Positions 29,169 through 38,489 of a DNA stretch of 64,000 nucleotides are shown here, piece by piece (position 1 is the first letter of the stretch; each line of letters begins with the position of its first letter). The translations under genes and the position numbers were made by a program. This DNA is from Sansalvadorimonas sp. (lineage in GTDB: Bacteria; Pseudomonadota; Gammaproteobacteria; Pseudomonadales; Endozoicomonadaceae), in NCBI GenBank assembly GCA_965221135.1, contig CBDCRZ010000100.1, positions 789,393-853,392 of the forward strand. Reading direction: 5' to 3'. Under the pieces are notes generated by a model. That model was given only the letters and a program-made list of their open reading frames with translations, searched no databases and was not told the origin of the DNA.

Positions 29169-30902
29169 TCAGTGTTTAGATAATTCGATAAGTTGCGAAG
29201 ACTTATGCCTGGTGACTGGTTCATAACTGTTCCGATGGAATATAGCGCCATCTCCGGGGCTGGACTCCGCTTTGTATCCCATCTTTTCCAGTTCTTTTGT
29301 TTTTCTGAGCCGTGTCCAGTCAGCGGTGAAGCTGTCAATGAAATCTACGCCTGTAGCTGCTGCGTCGCTGATAATAATGGCATTACGCTGGCTTCTAATA
29401 ATATGTGTCCAGCCAGATATGTGTTCGGCAATGATAATATTTTCAAGCACTCTGGCGCTTGTCTTCAGCTTATGGAGCTCCTTGTTTGATAGTGTTTTCT
29501 TCAACCCAAGCCAATGCCTCTGAAAGTGCTTCATGGTATTTGTGTCAGCATGGTCAATCATGTACTGAATAGTTCTTGAAACCAGTCGCTCTGTCAGCAT
29601 TTTATGAACCATTTCAGGAGCAGCGATAGATGGCAGGTCATGAAAAGCGTGAACATGGTTGTTGAACTCTATTCCAAATCCCAGGTACCAGGTACTGCTT
29701 AAGGTTCTATCGAAACTCCACAACCAGCATTCTGGTGTTATGTTTTCCGTTGCGGCAAAAGGCATTCCGGCCTCTTGAAGGTGCAACAGTTGTAATACAT
29801 GGCTCGCTGTACCATGCATAATATTTCCGCCATAGAGCGCCAGGTCATGAAACCCTTTGTTGTTGATGAACTGTTGTGTTCGATTCTGGTCAACGAACCC
29901 CAGCAGGTAAGGTGTAGGCTCATTTGATTCTCCCTTCAGGCTGTCATCCATGAGTGTCTTGAGCTTTTCGTAGTAGCCAAGCCATTCCTTTCGCTCCTCC
30001 TCAGAAGCGACCTCGCTATTAGCCCATGGTTTAGGATTTCTAACGAACAGTAACCCTGGGTTTACGTATTTTGTGGTTGGTACCGGTGGGCGTGGCTCAG
30101 CGACGAAACCCTTAGGGATTATTGTTGTGACAGAGTGAAAGTAACGCTGTAAATAACTCTTCTCAATAGCTTCCGATTTATTAGGTTTAAAAGGGAATTG
30201 GTTTAGCCCTTTGTTGTTATTTTCTATATTTGCTCTTGAGTGTGGGCTGGCCAGGTGAATGTATTTATACTTATGGATATTTGTCTCTAATGAAAGATCA
30301 GTTGAGTTGTTTTCATTTTTGATGATGCTTTCCATTTCCTCGCCAAGATGAATGACTAAAGGAAACATTGATACCGGGTCATTCAAAGCGTTTAGAGGTG
30401 TTTCACTATATGAGTTCATGACTGGGCATTTTTGCTTAAAGTCATTGTTCATTTGCTCATAGACATAATGCTCAGGTGCCTTTGCCTTAATTAACTCCAG
30501 TGGTAAGCGGATTTTTGTGTAATACCATATAAGCCTGTCAATATTTGCGAGGCTATATGACTCAATAATATGAGGTGCAGACTGGCCTGCATCTGAAAAA
30601 TAACAGGAATGTCCTGATTTTCTCACATCGTATTCGAAGGATTTACTTTTCATAATTTCTTCTTTGAGTCTCATTGAGGGTAGTGAAGATGAATACGTCG
30701 GTTTGTGATTTCTATCAATACAAGTCTTTTGGTATTTCTTTTTTAGGGTTTCTGATAATTTTTCAGAATGATTCCCGCTGATAATGATGCCCCGCTCAAC
30801 AATGCCATTGAACATTTTTCCAATAATAATTTTAGTGTCGGCATTGACTGTCGTTGAAGTGATAATTGCTAATATGATGAATATTGTTGATTTTTTCAGC
30901 AT
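29169..30902 (-). CDS. Secreted hypothetical protein (577 aa), AT-rich
   Basis: Signal peptide MLKKSTIFIILAIITSTTVNA. No confident family assignment. Confidence 0.55.
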   Translation of the reverse strand: MLKKSTIFIILAIITSTTVNADTKIIIGKMFNGIVERGIIISGNHSEKLSETLKKKYQKTCIDRNHKPTYSSSLPSMRLKEEIMKSKSFEYDVRKSGHSCYFSDAGQSAPHIIESYSLANIDRLIWYYTKIRLPLELIKAKAPEHYVYEQMNNDFKQKCPVMNSYSETPLNALNDPVSMFPLVIHLGEEMESIIKNENNSTDLSLETNIHKYKYIHLASPHSRANIENNNKGLNQFPFKPNKSEAIEKSYLQRYFHSVTTIIPKGFVAEPRPPVPTTKYVNPGLLFVRNPKPWANSEVASEEERKEWLGYYEKLKTLMDDSLKGESNEPTPYLLGFVDQNRTQQFINNKGFHDLALYGGNIMHGTASHVLQLLHLQEAGMPFAATENITPECWLWSFDRTLSSTWYLGFGIEFNNHVHAFHDLPSIAAPEMVHKMLTERLVSRTIQYMIDHADTNTMKHFQRHWLGLKKTLSNKELHKLKTSARVLENIIIAEHISGWTHIIRSQRNAIIISDAAATGVDFIDSFTADWTRLRKTKELEKMGYKAESSPGDGAIFHRNSYEPVTRHKSSQLIELSKH

Positions 30903-31206
30903 TGTATTAGTCGCATATTTAAATATTTCAGAAAATGTTAGATCGAAAATTAAAGTGCCTCTATGACAAGCTGGAAAGCTGAAATAACAAATGATAAAGG
31001 AGCCGGCAGGAGATCAGAGAGAGGGTGTCTGGGCTTTTATTAGCCAAAAGGCTGCAATTAGACTGGTCAAAGACCCATACGGATACAGCAAGAGCTGTAA
31101 AATATGACTTTCAATCTGTAGTGCTAATTCTGCAGGAAGGTAATATCTCCTGTCTTTTGTAGAAAGTACCCAACAAATTTGTAACTATGCACCGTCATAG
31201 GTAAGT

Positions 31207-31251
31207 CTCGTCATAGAAGGTCTCGTCATAGAAGGTCTCGTCATATATGCC
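31207..31251. repeat. 3x 15-bp tandem repeat (gtctcgtcatagaag) upstream of the SPFH gene
   Basis: Direct reading of the sequence. Confidence 0.8.
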
Positions 31252-31336
31252 TCGATAGCAGCGGTGGCGGATTTTCCAGGGTGTGATGAAAGTTTGTAAA
31301 AAAACCAACAAAAATAATGAAATGGAAGTTTGTATT

Positions 31337-32716
31337 ATGGATAAAGAAGTTATATCTAAAATTGATGCTACGAAGGCCATAAAAGGTCTGCTAATCGGTG
31401 TAGCTGCACTGGTTGTTTTATACGTCTTTTCACAATCATTTTTTTACGCTGAGCCAGGGTATATCTACCATGTACGCACCGTGACAGGTAATGAAACTGT
31501 TGTGACTGAAATCGGGTACAAGTTTTATCCCTTCGGTCGTTACAATGCCTGGAAGCGAGCTATGACGGTTCAGGCGTCATCGGACTTCAATTCAGGTTAT
31601 GGTTCCAAAACCATCAATTCCGAGAAAGATTCAGACAACGCGTCAGCCAGCCTGCCGCCGCTCAGTATTATGTTTCTGGATCAGGTAGATGCCCATGCAG
31701 AAGCGACTGTGCGCTTTGCCATCCCTACGGATGAAGAAGCATTTCTAAAGCTTGCTCATGAATATCGATCCCCTGAAAATCTTTTGCGTACAGCCTTGAT
31801 GCCAGCATTCAAAGAAACATTGCAGGCCAATGCTTCGCTGATGGCTGCCGAGGAATATTATGCAGGTGGTCGTACCGAGTTTAACTCTGAATTTGAAAAC
31901 CAGATGAACAGTGGTATTTATCTGGTTAAGCGCGAAGAGGTAGCTGTTCAGTCCACTAAGTCCCCCGTTGGTTCCGCCAACGCATCATTGGGTACTGATC
32001 AGGAAGAATTTGGTGAAGACTCCAAAACAATTTTCGTTGTGAAAAAGGTTTTAGATTCTACAGGCCAGCCTATGCGTAAGATTCAGCGCTTCACTGACTA
32101 CGGCATTACGATTGTGTCAGCGCTTGTTACCGATATGAAGCCTAACCAGAAGTTCATTGAACGTATGCAGCTGAAACAAAAGGCATCTGCCGACCGCGCC
32201 ATTGCGAGAGAACAGCGTGTTCAGGAAGAAGAACAGCGTCTGCTGGCCATTGCCCGTGGTGAAAGAGAAGTCGCTGAGCGTCAGGCTCAGGCCAAGGTTG
32301 AGCAAATCCAAAAGACAACAGAAGCTGAAACTGAAAAGCAGTTGGCGATTACTGGTGCAGAAAAACTGAAAGCCGAAGCTCTGATTCAGAAAGAGACATC
32401 ACAAATCAATCTGGAAAAAGCGATCATTGAAGCGCAAACCCAGAGAACCCTCGCTGACGCTGAGGCTTATCAGAAGAAAGTGATTCTACAGGCGGATAAT
32501 GCTCTGGCTCAAAAGCTGGATGCGGAAGTGAAAATCCAGCAGCTGTGGGCGGAAGCCTATGCCAAGCGTAAGGTTCCTACCACTGTTTTTGGTGGGGGTA
32601 GCAGCGGTGAGGGTGCACCTGTTGGTAATGACTATGAAACCAAAGCGTTCATGCAAATGCTGACTCTGGATGCTGCCAAGCGCCTGAGTTACGAGCGTAA
32701 GGTAGTGAAGCAGTAA
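31337..32716 (+). CDS. SPFH/band-7 family protein, flotillin/YqiK-like, with a long coiled-coil C-terminus
   Basis: An N-terminal TM segment (LLIGVAALVVLYVF), then an SPFH-like core and an E/Q/A/K-rich coiled coil (ERQAQAKVEQIQKTTEAETEKQLAI...). Confidence 0.7.
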   Translation: MDKEVISKIDATKAIKGLLIGVAALVVLYVFSQSFFYAEPGYIYHVRTVTGNETVVTEIGYKFYPFGRYNAWKRAMTVQASSDFNSGYGSKTINSEKDSDNASASLPPLSIMFLDQVDAHAEATVRFAIPTDEEAFLKLAHEYRSPENLLRTALMPAFKETLQANASLMAAEEYYAGGRTEFNSEFENQMNSGIYLVKREEVAVQSTKSPVGSANASLGTDQEEFGEDSKTIFVVKKVLDSTGQPMRKIQRFTDYGITIVSALVTDMKPNQKFIERMQLKQKASADRAIAREQRVQEEEQRLLAIARGEREVAERQAQAKVEQIQKTTEAETEKQLAITGAEKLKAEALIQKETSQINLEKAIIEAQTQRTLADAEAYQKKVILQADNALAQKLDAEVKIQQLWAEAYAKRKVPTTVFGGGSSGEGAPVGNDYETKAFMQMLTLDAAKRLSYERKVVKQ

Positions 32717-32840
32717 ACTGTGTTTTATCTGCCTTGTCTAAGAAGGGGCAAGGCAAAACCTCTGAGGGGTGCAGTGAACAGGCACTCCTCCTTCCTCTCC
32801 TTTGTTAGTTAATCTGTGATAGATAACGATCAAACTCCTT

Positions 32841-33611
32841 TTATTTCAGGCGTGAGAAACAAAATAAGAGATCATTATCAGGGGCTTTAACCAGTTCTCC
32901 GGTAATCAGGTTCGGGTGTATGTACACGGGGAACCCATATTGAGTTGCCCCAAATTCTGCACCATACAGTAATGCACTGGAGTATGTTTCATCATAACCT
33001 TGCGATGAGGCGTGAATGCAAACATCTCCGTATGCGCCTGAGAAAATAAGAGCGTCTGGTATAAAGTCTTTTAAAACCTCATGCGTGTCTGGAGTTGAAA
33101 AAATGGAATAGGTTGGCTTTATAATATTTTTTGTTGTCGGTGTTAATTGCATCCTTACTGATTTTGGAAATTTATAGCCTCCGGCTACATCACTTTCAAG
33201 AGAGAATTTAATTATTGGGATCGAGTGCGTATTACAAAATTCAATAAGTATAAGTGCATTCATTAAGGTGAAACTGTCGTGTGGGTTTAAGTCAATCAGA
33301 CAGGTTACAAATCTAATCCCTTTTGTTAGTGCTATAGATACCTCGTTATATAGCTTGCCTTCTACATCAGGTATGTATTTTTTGCACTTTGGAGTGACCG
33401 CTCTGATCCCACCTGGAGATAAGTCGCGATTGAAGTGAATCTCTCCACTTCTAATAAAAAGTCGAGGTTTTATTACTCTTTCTGAAGGCTTTCCTTCTAA
33501 GATTCTTACCTCTGCGCCCTTTTTTTTTGACGTTCTACTATTTTCAAATTCATAACTTTCCGCTTGATGGCTTTGTAGGCGGTTAGTTATTCCTGTCGAT
33601 TCTATATGCAT
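32841..33611 (-). CDS. Hypothetical cytoplasmic protein, 'A' of a duplicated A/B module
   Basis: 256 aa with no signal peptide. Its N-terminal 70 aa are homologous to the fragment at 34259..34474. Confidence 0.5.
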   Translation of the reverse strand: MHIESTGITNRLQSHQAESYEFENSRTSKKKGAEVRILEGKPSERVIKPRLFIRSGEIHFNRDLSPGGIRAVTPKCKKYIPDVEGKLYNEVSIALTKGIRFVTCLIDLNPHDSFTLMNALILIEFCNTHSIPIIKFSLESDVAGGYKFPKSVRMQLTPTTKNIIKPTYSIFSTPDTHEVLKDFIPDALIFSGAYGDVCIHASSQGYDETYSSALLYGAEFGATQYGFPVYIHPNLITGELVKAPDNDLLFCFSRLK

Positions 33612-33651
33612 GTTTTCTCTTTACCTCACTATCAAGAGTTTTGTTAGGCAG

Positions 33652-34227
33652 TTATAGCTCTAGATGTCTATTTTTTTGTTCATCTTTTTGTTCATCTTTT
33701 TGTTCAATTTGTTCAATCCTTTTACCTCTGACAGTATATATTAATTTGTCATTATCAAAGGGTAATATAAAAAATTTAATGTTGTTTTTGTGTATGCCTG
33801 GCTTGAATAAAATGATCCAGTGTCTTTCTTTTTTTGGTACCTCTAATGTAAACCCTACATCTTCAATTCTTTTATGCTTTGTCAGTATAAGCTTTGTGAA
33901 TGCATCCCCTCTTTTGAGGGGGTCAATAAACCATACACCGTTGAATGTTTCGTGATATTTTTCATTGTCGACAGTGTAATAACGTTTGATTTTGTACTTT
34001 CCCCAATACTCTGTGGTTGTTTTTTTGATTGTTACCTCTCCATCGTTAATAGTTGTCTTCGTTTGTAATATTTTATCCTCAGGTATGATTTCAAGTTCGT
34101 ATGTCTTGATCTTGAAAGGCCTTTCGATTTTAAGTGCCCATTTCCCATAAAAGCCTTGCATGGGGTTAGCTAAAGCTTGTGTTGAATAAATAAGCAATAT
34201 AAACGTAATAAAGTGTCGGATTTTCAT
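33652..34227 (-). CDS. Secreted hypothetical protein 'B' (signal peptide, Lys-rich, EQKDEQKDEQK tail)
   Basis: MKIRHFITFILLIYSTQALA is the signal peptide. A paralogue lies at 34617..35153 with about 40% identity. Confidence 0.55.
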   Translation of the reverse strand: MKIRHFITFILLIYSTQALANPMQGFYGKWALKIERPFKIKTYELEIIPEDKILQTKTTINDGEVTIKKTTTEYWGKYKIKRYYTVDNEKYHETFNGVWFIDPLKRGDAFTKLILTKHKRIEDVGFTLEVPKKERHWIILFKPGIHKNNIKFFILPFDNDKLIYTVRGKRIEQIEQKDEQKDEQKNRHLEL

Positions 34228-34258
34228 GATTAGTGTATCTCGGTTAATTTTCACATGG

Positions 34259-34474
34259 CTATGAAATATGACATTCGATTGTGCTTTTTTTTTCAATTTC
34301 TGTTACCTCGTTATATAGCTTGCCTTCTAAATCAGGTATGTGTTTTTGGCACTTTGCAGTGACCGCTCTGCTCCCTCCTGGAGATAAGTCGAGATTAAAA
34401 TGAATCTTTCCACTTTTAACCATAAGTCTAGGGGTTTCTACTTTGTCTGAAGGTTTTCCTTTTAAAACGCTCAC
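34259..34474 (-). pseudogene. Truncated paralogue of gene A (A' fragment, 71 aa)
   Basis: KGKPSDKVETPRLMVKSGKIHFNLDLSPGGSRAVTAKCQKHIPDLEGKLYNEV aligns with A residues 38-100. The DNA at 34300-34560 is alignable with 33340-33610. Confidence 0.55.
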
Positions 34475-34616
34475 ACCAATGCCCTGTTTTTTGACGATCT
34501 ACTGCTTTCAATACCATAACTTTTCGTTTGATGGCTCTGTAGGCGGTTAGTTTTTCCTGTCAATTCTATGTGCATACTTTCTCTTTACCTCACTATCAAG
34601 AGTTTTTTTCAGGTAG

Positions 34617-35153
34617 TTATAGTTCTTGATGTCTATTGTTTTGTTTAACCCTTTTGGCCCTGCCAGAAAATAATATTTTTTCATGCTCAATGGTTCTTAA
34701 ATAAAATCTAAATTTGTCTTTTTCTAAAATAGGCCTGAAGTAAATAGTCCAATATGTTTCTTTTTCTATTATGTCTGATAGAAAACGTGTCTGATTAAAT
34801 GTTTTTTGCTTTGTTAGGGTTAGCATTGTTAGTTCTTTCTCTTGTTGTTTAATATCAATAAACCATATGCCCTTGGTTGTTATAGGATGTGTTTTATCGC
34901 CGTTAGTGTGATCGGTTTTAATGTTATAATATCCCCAGTATCCATCGATTGATTGTTTGATTTCTTCTCCTTTATCGTTATAGGTTATCTGCTCTTGTCG
35001 TATTATAAAGCCAGGTACGATTTCAAGTTCGTATGCCTTGAAAGATTTATTGAATTGAAGTTTCCATTTCCCATAAAAGTTGAGCGTGGGCTCAGCTGAT
35101 GACTGCGTTGCATAAATCAGAAATATGTACGCTATAAAGTGTCGAATTTTCAT
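34617..35153 (-). CDS. Secreted hypothetical protein B' (paralogue of B)
   Basis: MKIRHFIAYIFLIYATQSSA is the signal peptide. It shares YGKW...YELEI...GIWFID...L.LTK.K motifs with B. Confidence 0.55.
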   Translation of the reverse strand: MKIRHFIAYIFLIYATQSSAEPTLNFYGKWKLQFNKSFKAYELEIVPGFIIRQEQITYNDKGEEIKQSIDGYWGYYNIKTDHTNGDKTHPITTKGIWFIDIKQQEKELTMLTLTKQKTFNQTRFLSDIIEKETYWTIYFRPILEKDKFRFYLRTIEHEKILFSGRAKRVKQNNRHQEL

Positions 35154-35179
35154 AACTGGTGTATCTCGGTTAGTTTTTA

Positions 35180-35347
35180 CATAAGTGCCCGGTCACATGA
35201 AAACAACTATTTCTGACTCAATCTCCAGGACACTCAGCAGTTCCGCAGCTTCAGTCACATAACGGGCTATGCTCCCTGCGCTGCAACCCCGCTGAGCAAC
35301 CTGTTTATTGGCCAGAAATAGTTGTTTCCACATGGCCGGGAACTTAG
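35180..35347 (+). mobile_element. MITE-like element, copy 3
   Basis: ataagtgcccggtcacatgaaaacaactatttctgactcaatctccaggacactcagc...gttgtttccacatggccggg. Confidence 0.7.
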
Positions 35348-35546
35348 CTATGAGATACGACATTCGATTGTACTGTTTTTCAATTGCTAAACATTGATTT
35401 CATCTAACTAATGGGTAAGAACTCCTGACAAACCCTGATGGCTGCTTCAATTCGCAGACGGAGCAGGAAAAGAACGCAATGCTGCGATCAAACATTTGGT
35501 TGTTTTACAGATGTGGCAAAGCCAGCGCAGAGCTTTCACTATTGGG

Positions 35547-35667
35547 GTAAGTGCCCGGCCATGTGGAAACATTTATTTCTGGCGAATAAACAGGCTGTTC
35601 AGCTGCGGCACGGCTGAGTGTTCTGGAGATTGAGTCAGAAATAGTTGTTTTCATGTGACCGGGTACC
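35547..35667 (-). mobile_element. MITE-like element, copy 4 (inverted, with an internal deletion)
   Basis: gtaagtgcccggccatgtggaaacatttatttctggcgaataaacagg...gagattgagtcagaaatagttgttttcatgtgaccggg. Confidence 0.65.
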
Positions 35668-35718
35668 TAATAGCTGTCTGAAAATGACTTTGCCGTTAGG
35701 CCACGTGTTGAAGAGCGG

Positions 35719-36009
35719 TTAGCTCAATGGTGCAACCTTATGCATTTCAACAGACTCAGCCATGCCTTTGGTGGTTTCGATGTATTCGGCCATATGGGCT
35801 GAAGTAGCGTGGGCTTTGAATGCGCCCTTGTCGGCGTAAACTTCGTAGACGAACAAGGTGGTAGGCTCCTTCAGGTCCTGGTGGAAGGTGTAGGTGATGC
35901 AGCCGCTTTCTTCACGGGTTGCAGCGACAGCTTTCAGAGCGGCGGCTTTCAGTTGCTCGAGAGTGTCTTCTTTGGCTTTGATCTTCACAATCATGTTCAG
36001 CTGAGACAT
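35719..36009 (-). CDS. Antibiotic-biosynthesis-monooxygenase (ABM/YgiN-like) domain protein
   Basis: 96 aa. The pattern (IVKIKAKEDTLEQL...ESGCITYTFHQD...FVYEVYADKGAFKAH..S.HM) is typical of the ABM ferredoxin-like fold. Confidence 0.7.
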   Translation of the reverse strand: MSQLNMIVKIKAKEDTLEQLKAAALKAVAATREESGCITYTFHQDLKEPTTLFVYEVYADKGAFKAHATSAHMAEYIETTKGMAESVEMHKVAPLS

Positions 36010-36188
36010 GCGTACACCTTCAGATTTTGTATTTCGTTGTATATATCGTATTGTGGCTATAGCCCCGCAGGGCGCTAGCTGCGGCTGATAATATCAGATC
36101 AGTACCAAGGGTATAAGGTGATGGGGTGGATGGCGGTCATTTCGTCGAAACAGTTATAGTTATGGGTGATGGAAATACGAGAACAAAA

Positions 36189-36431
36189 ATGGCAAGTCAT
36201 CGACGATTGATAAAAAATCCACTTCCTAGCAAACTGAATAAACCCCTCAAGTTAAATACCATTGCCATTGTGCTGCTGATTATTGTGGTGGTTATAGTGG
36301 CAGTTTCAGTATGGAAATTAGGGGTTAAATCGGGGTTGCTCTTTTCTGGTTTTTTCTTATTGTCAGGGGTATGGGCTTACTGGGACTCTCAGCGTGATAC
36401 CAAAGGTTGGGGAAAGAAGGGGAATGAGTAA
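36189..36431 (+). CDS. Small 2-TM membrane protein (hypothetical)
   Basis: ORF with two hydrophobic helices. The start is uncertain (ORF frame opens at 36126). Confidence 0.3.
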   Translation: MASHRRLIKNPLPSKLNKPLKLNTIAIVLLIIVVVIVAVSVWKLGVKSGLLFSGFFLLSGVWAYWDSQRDTKGWGKKGNE

Positions 36432-36477
36432 GGTGTGAATGTATTCATCTTTTATATTTTGATCGTTCAGGAGCTCA

Positions 36478-37002
36478 ATGAAAAAGCCTTTCTTTATCTT
36501 CCTGGTCATTTTTCTTACCGGGTGTGTGGGTGTTCCGAAAGGTGCTGCTCCGATCAATAATTTTGATGCAGAGCGCTATCTGGGTAAGTGGTACGAGTTT
36601 GCCCGCTTTGATCACTCCTTTGAGCGCGGGCTTGAGCAGGTTACTGCTGAGTATACGATGCGCGATGACGGTGGCATAAAGGTTGTTAATCGGGGTTATT
36701 CACCGAGTAAAGGCAAATGGCAGGAAGCCACAGGGGTAGCCTACTTTGTTGAGTCACCAGATACGGGTCATATGAAAGTTTCGTTCTTCGGCCCTTTCTA
36801 TGGTTCTTATGTCATTTTGGATTTGGACAAGGAAGGTTATGAATACTCTCTTGTCTCCGGACCTAATAAATCCTTCTTGTGGATACTTTCTCGTGAACCC
36901 ACATTGCCAAAAAAAGTTATTAAAAGGCTGGTAGACAAAGCTGACAGCCTGAATTTCGATACCAATAAACTTCTATTTATCAATCAAACAACTTCACAGT
37001 GA
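36478..37002 (+). CDS. blc: Outer-membrane lipoprotein Blc (bacterial lipocalin)
   Basis: Lipobox FLTGC. The lipocalin SCR1 is NFDAERYLGKWYEFARFDHSFERG. The overall length and motifs match Blc. Confidence 0.85.
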   Translation: MKKPFFIFLVIFLTGCVGVPKGAAPINNFDAERYLGKWYEFARFDHSFERGLEQVTAEYTMRDDGGIKVVNRGYSPSKGKWQEATGVAYFVESPDTGHMKVSFFGPFYGSYVILDLDKEGYEYSLVSGPNKSFLWILSREPTLPKKVIKRLVDKADSLNFDTNKLLFINQTTSQ

Positions 37003-37078
37003 AAATTGATTTCTTCAGTGCAGTGGGAGAACAGGGAAAACACAGGATTGTGATTTTCCTTGTGTGCACAGTAATCGC

Positions 37079-37624
37079 TTAAGCCCTGGTACCAGTATTT
37101 TTAAGGTAGCCACACTGCAAAATATACATGCGCAGCACATCGCAGTATTTCCCGTTGGTGAAATACTCCTGAACATGCCTGCCTTCTTCAATAAAGTCCG
37201 TTTCACGATAGAGATGGATGGCCTTTTCATTCTCCACCGCCACCACAAGGTAGACTTTATTCAGGTTCAGGATGGTGAACGCATAGTCCAGTGCCAGTTT
37301 GATCAGGCCTCTGGCATGCCCCTTTCCCTGGTAGCCTGGTGCGATGATAATTTGAAACTCCGCCTTGCGATGGACGTAGTCAATCTCAATCAGTTCTACC
37401 AGACCTATGGATTCGGGGGTGGTGCTATGTTTTGGCGTGAACTCGGCAACAAAGCGACGCTCTGTATTGTCATGGATGTGTTTTCTGTAAAGGTCTTCCA
37501 GTTCATCGAAAGACTCATAGGGCTCTTCAAACCAGTAGGACATTATGCTGCGGTTGTTGTTCAGGGAGTGAACAAAGCGAAGATCTTTCTTTTCAAGGGC
37601 ACGTAAGCGGATACTGCTTTTCAT
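37079..37624 (-). CDS. speG: Spermidine N1-acetyltransferase SpeG (GNAT)
   Basis: [53 protein letters not shown]...[15 protein letters not shown] is near-colinear with E. coli SpeG ([36 protein letters not shown]...). Confidence 0.85.
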   Translation of the reverse strand: MKSSIRLRALEKKDLRFVHSLNNNRSIMSYWFEEPYESFDELEDLYRKHIHDNTERRFVAEFTPKHSTTPESIGLVELIEIDYVHRKAEFQIIIAPGYQGKGHARGLIKLALDYAFTILNLNKVYLVVAVENEKAIHLYRETDFIEEGRHVQEYFTNGKYCDVLRMYILQCGYLKNTGTRA

Positions 37625-37763
37625 CCGAAAATCTCAATTTAATACGCGGTCTGTAGAGATGACTGCTGGCAGAGGGAACCAGGTGGGTATTTTTAGTGAT
37701 TCTAAAGGATAGCCGGTGCTGCTGACTATATAAATATAACCACCAACTGACTTTGATCAAGGC

Positions 37764-38489
37764 TTAATACAGCTCTAATGCCACTTTTTCACACAGGAGT
37801 GTCAGCCCTTCGATTAAATGAACCTGCGGCTCTCTATAACTTAGACCCAACATTCCAAGACTGTTTAAACATAATTTTTCGTCAATCTCGGAACTTATGT
37901 CGTAGAGTTCAGGAGACAATGCCCTGACTCTCTTCAGGTCACCACAAGCACTGAAGTCGTCTCTGTCCCGACTCCAGTACATTAATTCCCTGGCCGTGAT
38001 TCTTCGCCATTCTTTGTACTCGCTCTCATTATCAAAATAGTTTTTGAGTGACTTGTTCTTTGTAAAAAGACCTGTAAGTAACTGCTCACATGTCTGTTCC
38101 AGAAAACGACTCACATCCTCAACAGCCTGCGGGTTTTGATAGTGAAATTCGATATCTGATCTATGCAGGCGAGCATAGATCAGCATAATGGCAAACAGAT
38201 TGTTGGCGAGGGTGTTCATCATCGCACCCTTTTGCAGATACCGTGTTGTCAGACCGGGCTGGCCGAAGGAGAGGATTCGCCCATACATCTCCAGATCTCC
38301 TATGTCTCTTAGTCCGGAGTAGCCAAAATCCGGCTTATCCGTGGACGCGATCCAGTCGTCAATGTTTCCAGGAAGAGCATTATGCTCCAGGTACCCTTTA
38401 CACATGTCTAAGGAGCCTTTCACCAGACTTTGAAACAGGTTCCAGCGGTTTTCATAATTACATTTGTCGAAGCAATGGAAGATATTCAA
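37764..38489 (-). CDS. Hypothetical protein (241 aa)
   Basis: ORF only. It shares an ATGA overlap with the upstream gene at 38486, so the two are likely an operon. Confidence 0.45.
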   Translation of the reverse strand: MNIFHCFDKCNYENRWNLFQSLVKGSLDMCKGYLEHNALPGNIDDWIASTDKPDFGYSGLRDIGDLEMYGRILSFGQPGLTTRYLQKGAMMNTLANNLFAIMLIYARLHRSDIEFHYQNPQAVEDVSRFLEQTCEQLLTGLFTKNKSLKNYFDNESEYKEWRRITARELMYWSRDRDDFSACGDLKRVRALSPELYDISSEIDEKLCLNSLGMLGLSYREPQVHLIEGLTLLCEKVALELY

